A DNA stretch of 64,000 bases from a virus. The notes under the pieces are model-generated. The model searched no databases, was not told where the DNA came from, and saw only the letters and a list, made by a program, of their open reading frames with translations. Shown piece after piece: positions 62,746 to 64,000 of the stretch. The DNA lies in IMG/VR virus record IMGVR_UViG_3300025534_000182, positions 1 through 64,000 of that record, one strand, 5' to 3'. Made by a program: the position numbers and the translations under genes. How positions within the stretch are numbered: the first letter of the stretch is position 1; every line of letters starts with the position of its first letter.

Positions 62746-62830
62746 TTTTGGCTTGTTCGCCACCCTAACCGCTTTAATAGCGGTTAGACGCTCTGGGCTT
62801 AAAGCGCTGTTTAGACACGCCCAGACGTGT
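62746..62830 (-). other. GC-rich (over 50%) tandem hairpins in the leader of the 61529..62725 gene
   Basis: ctaaccgc-N7-gcggttag and ctctgggc...gcccagacg inverted repeats. No U-tract. Confidence 0.4.
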
Positions 62831-63489
62831 TAATTTATGTTTAATGATACAATTGGTTGCTTCTGAACTGTATTAATAACGTCAAAAAATAATTTATTGT
62901 CAAAACTATAATATTTTGTTTCTTTAACTGTTATATGATTATCGCTTTTTGTGACATTGTAAATTAATTTGTCAAAATCAATATCTAGCCATTCGTCAAA
63001 AATGAGTAATGATTCATTTGGTAAAATCCTATTCGCATATAAAGAACGTTTACGCTTGAGCTTGTGTACGATTTTCAATGTTTCTTTATATTGCGCCCAA
63101 GGCTCTACTATTGCCTTGTCAATGACAGTATGAAACATGATCGGATAGCCAATATCAGAATATTTTATGATTGTTACTTTGCGTCCTTGTGTTAGTTGCT
63201 GTAATGCATTTTCAAAAATGCTGTAATGATGATAAAAATACTCACGCAAAAACGAAGCTATAGGCGAACCTTTGAAAACTTTTTGAGCTTGGTCAATCAA
63301 TTCAGCAGTTACTTGTATGTTATTTGATTTAAGAAGAGAAAAGAATATTCTTTTCACTTCTTTTTGTTGGTCTGGTGTCATATCTTGATATTTTTTGCAC
63401 GCAACACTAAAGCAGGAATCAGTAAGTAAATCAGAAAGGTTATCTAGTTGTTGGGTATAGTTTGAAATAGATATGTTCATGTTGATCAT
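62830..63489 (-). CDS. hypothetical protein
   Basis: 219 aa with an AAAGGAGAATG SD. Confidence 0.5.
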   Translation of the reverse strand: MINMNISISNYTQQLDNLSDLLTDSCFSVACKKYQDMTPDQQKEVKRIFFSLLKSNNIQVTAELIDQAQKVFKGSPIASFLREYFYHHYSIFENALQQLTQGRKVTIIKYSDIGYPIMFHTVIDKAIVEPWAQYKETLKIVHKLKRKRSLYANRILPNESLLIFDEWLDIDFDKLIYNVTKSDNHITVKETKYYSFDNKLFFDVINTVQKQPIVSLNIN

Positions 63490-63583
63490 TCTCCTTTATG
63501 ATATTGTTGTTTCGCTGTTATAGTATATTCGCCATCGGCGCAAATAATCCTGCTTCTATGACGAATATTAATATAATTTATTT

Positions 63584-63832
63584 TTAATCAATGTATTTTT
63601 GTAATGCTTCCGTTGCGCTGTCATATTCGACTTCATCCAAAAAAAGCCATTCGCAACTAGTTACCTTGTCATTACGCTTTGTTACTCTCCATTTTCTCGC
63701 TACTTTAACCGCTCTTAAATCTCCGACATATACATTACAATCCATTGCGTTTACTTTTTGAACAAACATGGTTAAAACCTCCTTGGCTGTTCTGTGTAAT
63801 ATAAAGGCATTTATAACCTTTATCGACTCCAC
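63584..63832 (-). CDS. hypothetical protein
   Basis: 82 aa with a CAAGGAGG SD. Confidence 0.5.
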   Translation of the reverse strand: MESIKVINAFILHRTAKEVLTMFVQKVNAMDCNVYVGDLRAVKVARKWRVTKRNDKVTSCEWLFLDEVEYDSATEALQKYID

Positions 63833-64000
63833 AAACTATAATTTATGTTTATGGAGTCTGTAAAAGTTATAAAAATCATTTATAATATTTTTCTATAATA
63901 TCGTAATATGACATATTGACTAATTGCATTCGTTTTTCAGAAAAAGGAGGATACTATTCTAGATCATAAACGTCTTTTTCCCATTCTTTAGAAGCAAAAT

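Noticed and set aside
57289-63525. Recurrent (c)gCTGTTATa motif (58053, 58074, 60397, 63517 and others)
   Set aside because: Most copies fall inside coding sequence where the minus strand reads ATA-ACA (Ile-Thr) codon pairs. The three intergenic copies do not share spacing to promoters or starts. It is probably compositional.
1-64000. CRISPR arrays, rRNA genes, integrase/attachment site
   Set aside because: I saw no repeat-spacer periodicity and no rRNA-like conserved blocks. The only recombinase-like candidate (36257..37336) is weak and has no adjacent tRNA or att-like repeat, so no call was made.

Overview
AT-rich (about 30% GC) window that reads as a contiguous piece of a large Firmicutes (Bacillus-like) phage or prophage. 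Nearly all genes sit on the minus strand, tightly packed and often translationally coupled. I found no rRNA and no CRISPR array.

Main contents:
- **Nucleotide metabolism and replication:** RNase H, thyA, a MazG-like pyrophosphohydrolase, nrdI-nrdE-nrdF, an IS-split NT5C-like deoxynucleotidase, a dNMP kinase, a Toprim primase, a DnaB-like helicase, a P-loop ATPase followed by an SSB-like protein with a ...DDDLPF tail, a DEDD exonuclease and a DHH/RecJ-like phosphoesterase.
- **DNA methyltransferases:** five amino-MTase genes (motif IV NPPY, DILY, SPPY, DLPY, DLPY), two of them paralogs with a near-identical 5' DNA segment.
- **ParB-fold proteins:** a DGQHR/DndB-like protein and a standalone DUF262 protein.
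- **Lysogeny-type control region:** an HTH+S24 CI/LexA-like repressor with palindromic operators, an XRE regulator, a ClpX-type zinc-finger protein and a divergent RsfA-like gene.
- **Orphan toxin:** a monocistronic MazF/EndoA homologue with its own promoter and terminator and no adjacent antitoxin ORF.
- **Other genes:** an AbrB(MazE-fold)-SLOG(DUF2493)-HAD three-gene cluster, SPFH, SLT transglycosylase, SprT-like, ankyrin-repeat and YolD-like genes.
- **RNA gene:** one tRNA (anticodon CAU) with a compensated T-loop.
- **IS200/IS605 content:** a TnpB-only element that splits the NT5C-like gene, a complete tnpA-tnpB IS605 element inserted into another ORF, both with GC-rich RE-derived omega-RNA regions, two 46-49 bp single-hairpin miniature derivatives bounded by TTAC and TCAA, and a TnpB-less RE remnant.
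- **Non-coding structure:** a two-copy two-stem element with compensatory stem changes, a 4-repeat iteron-like array bracketed by terminators, a duplicated promoter/leader, and several long palindromes.

All protein-family calls are made by eye from motifs, and all coordinates of small ORFs and element ends are hand-derived.
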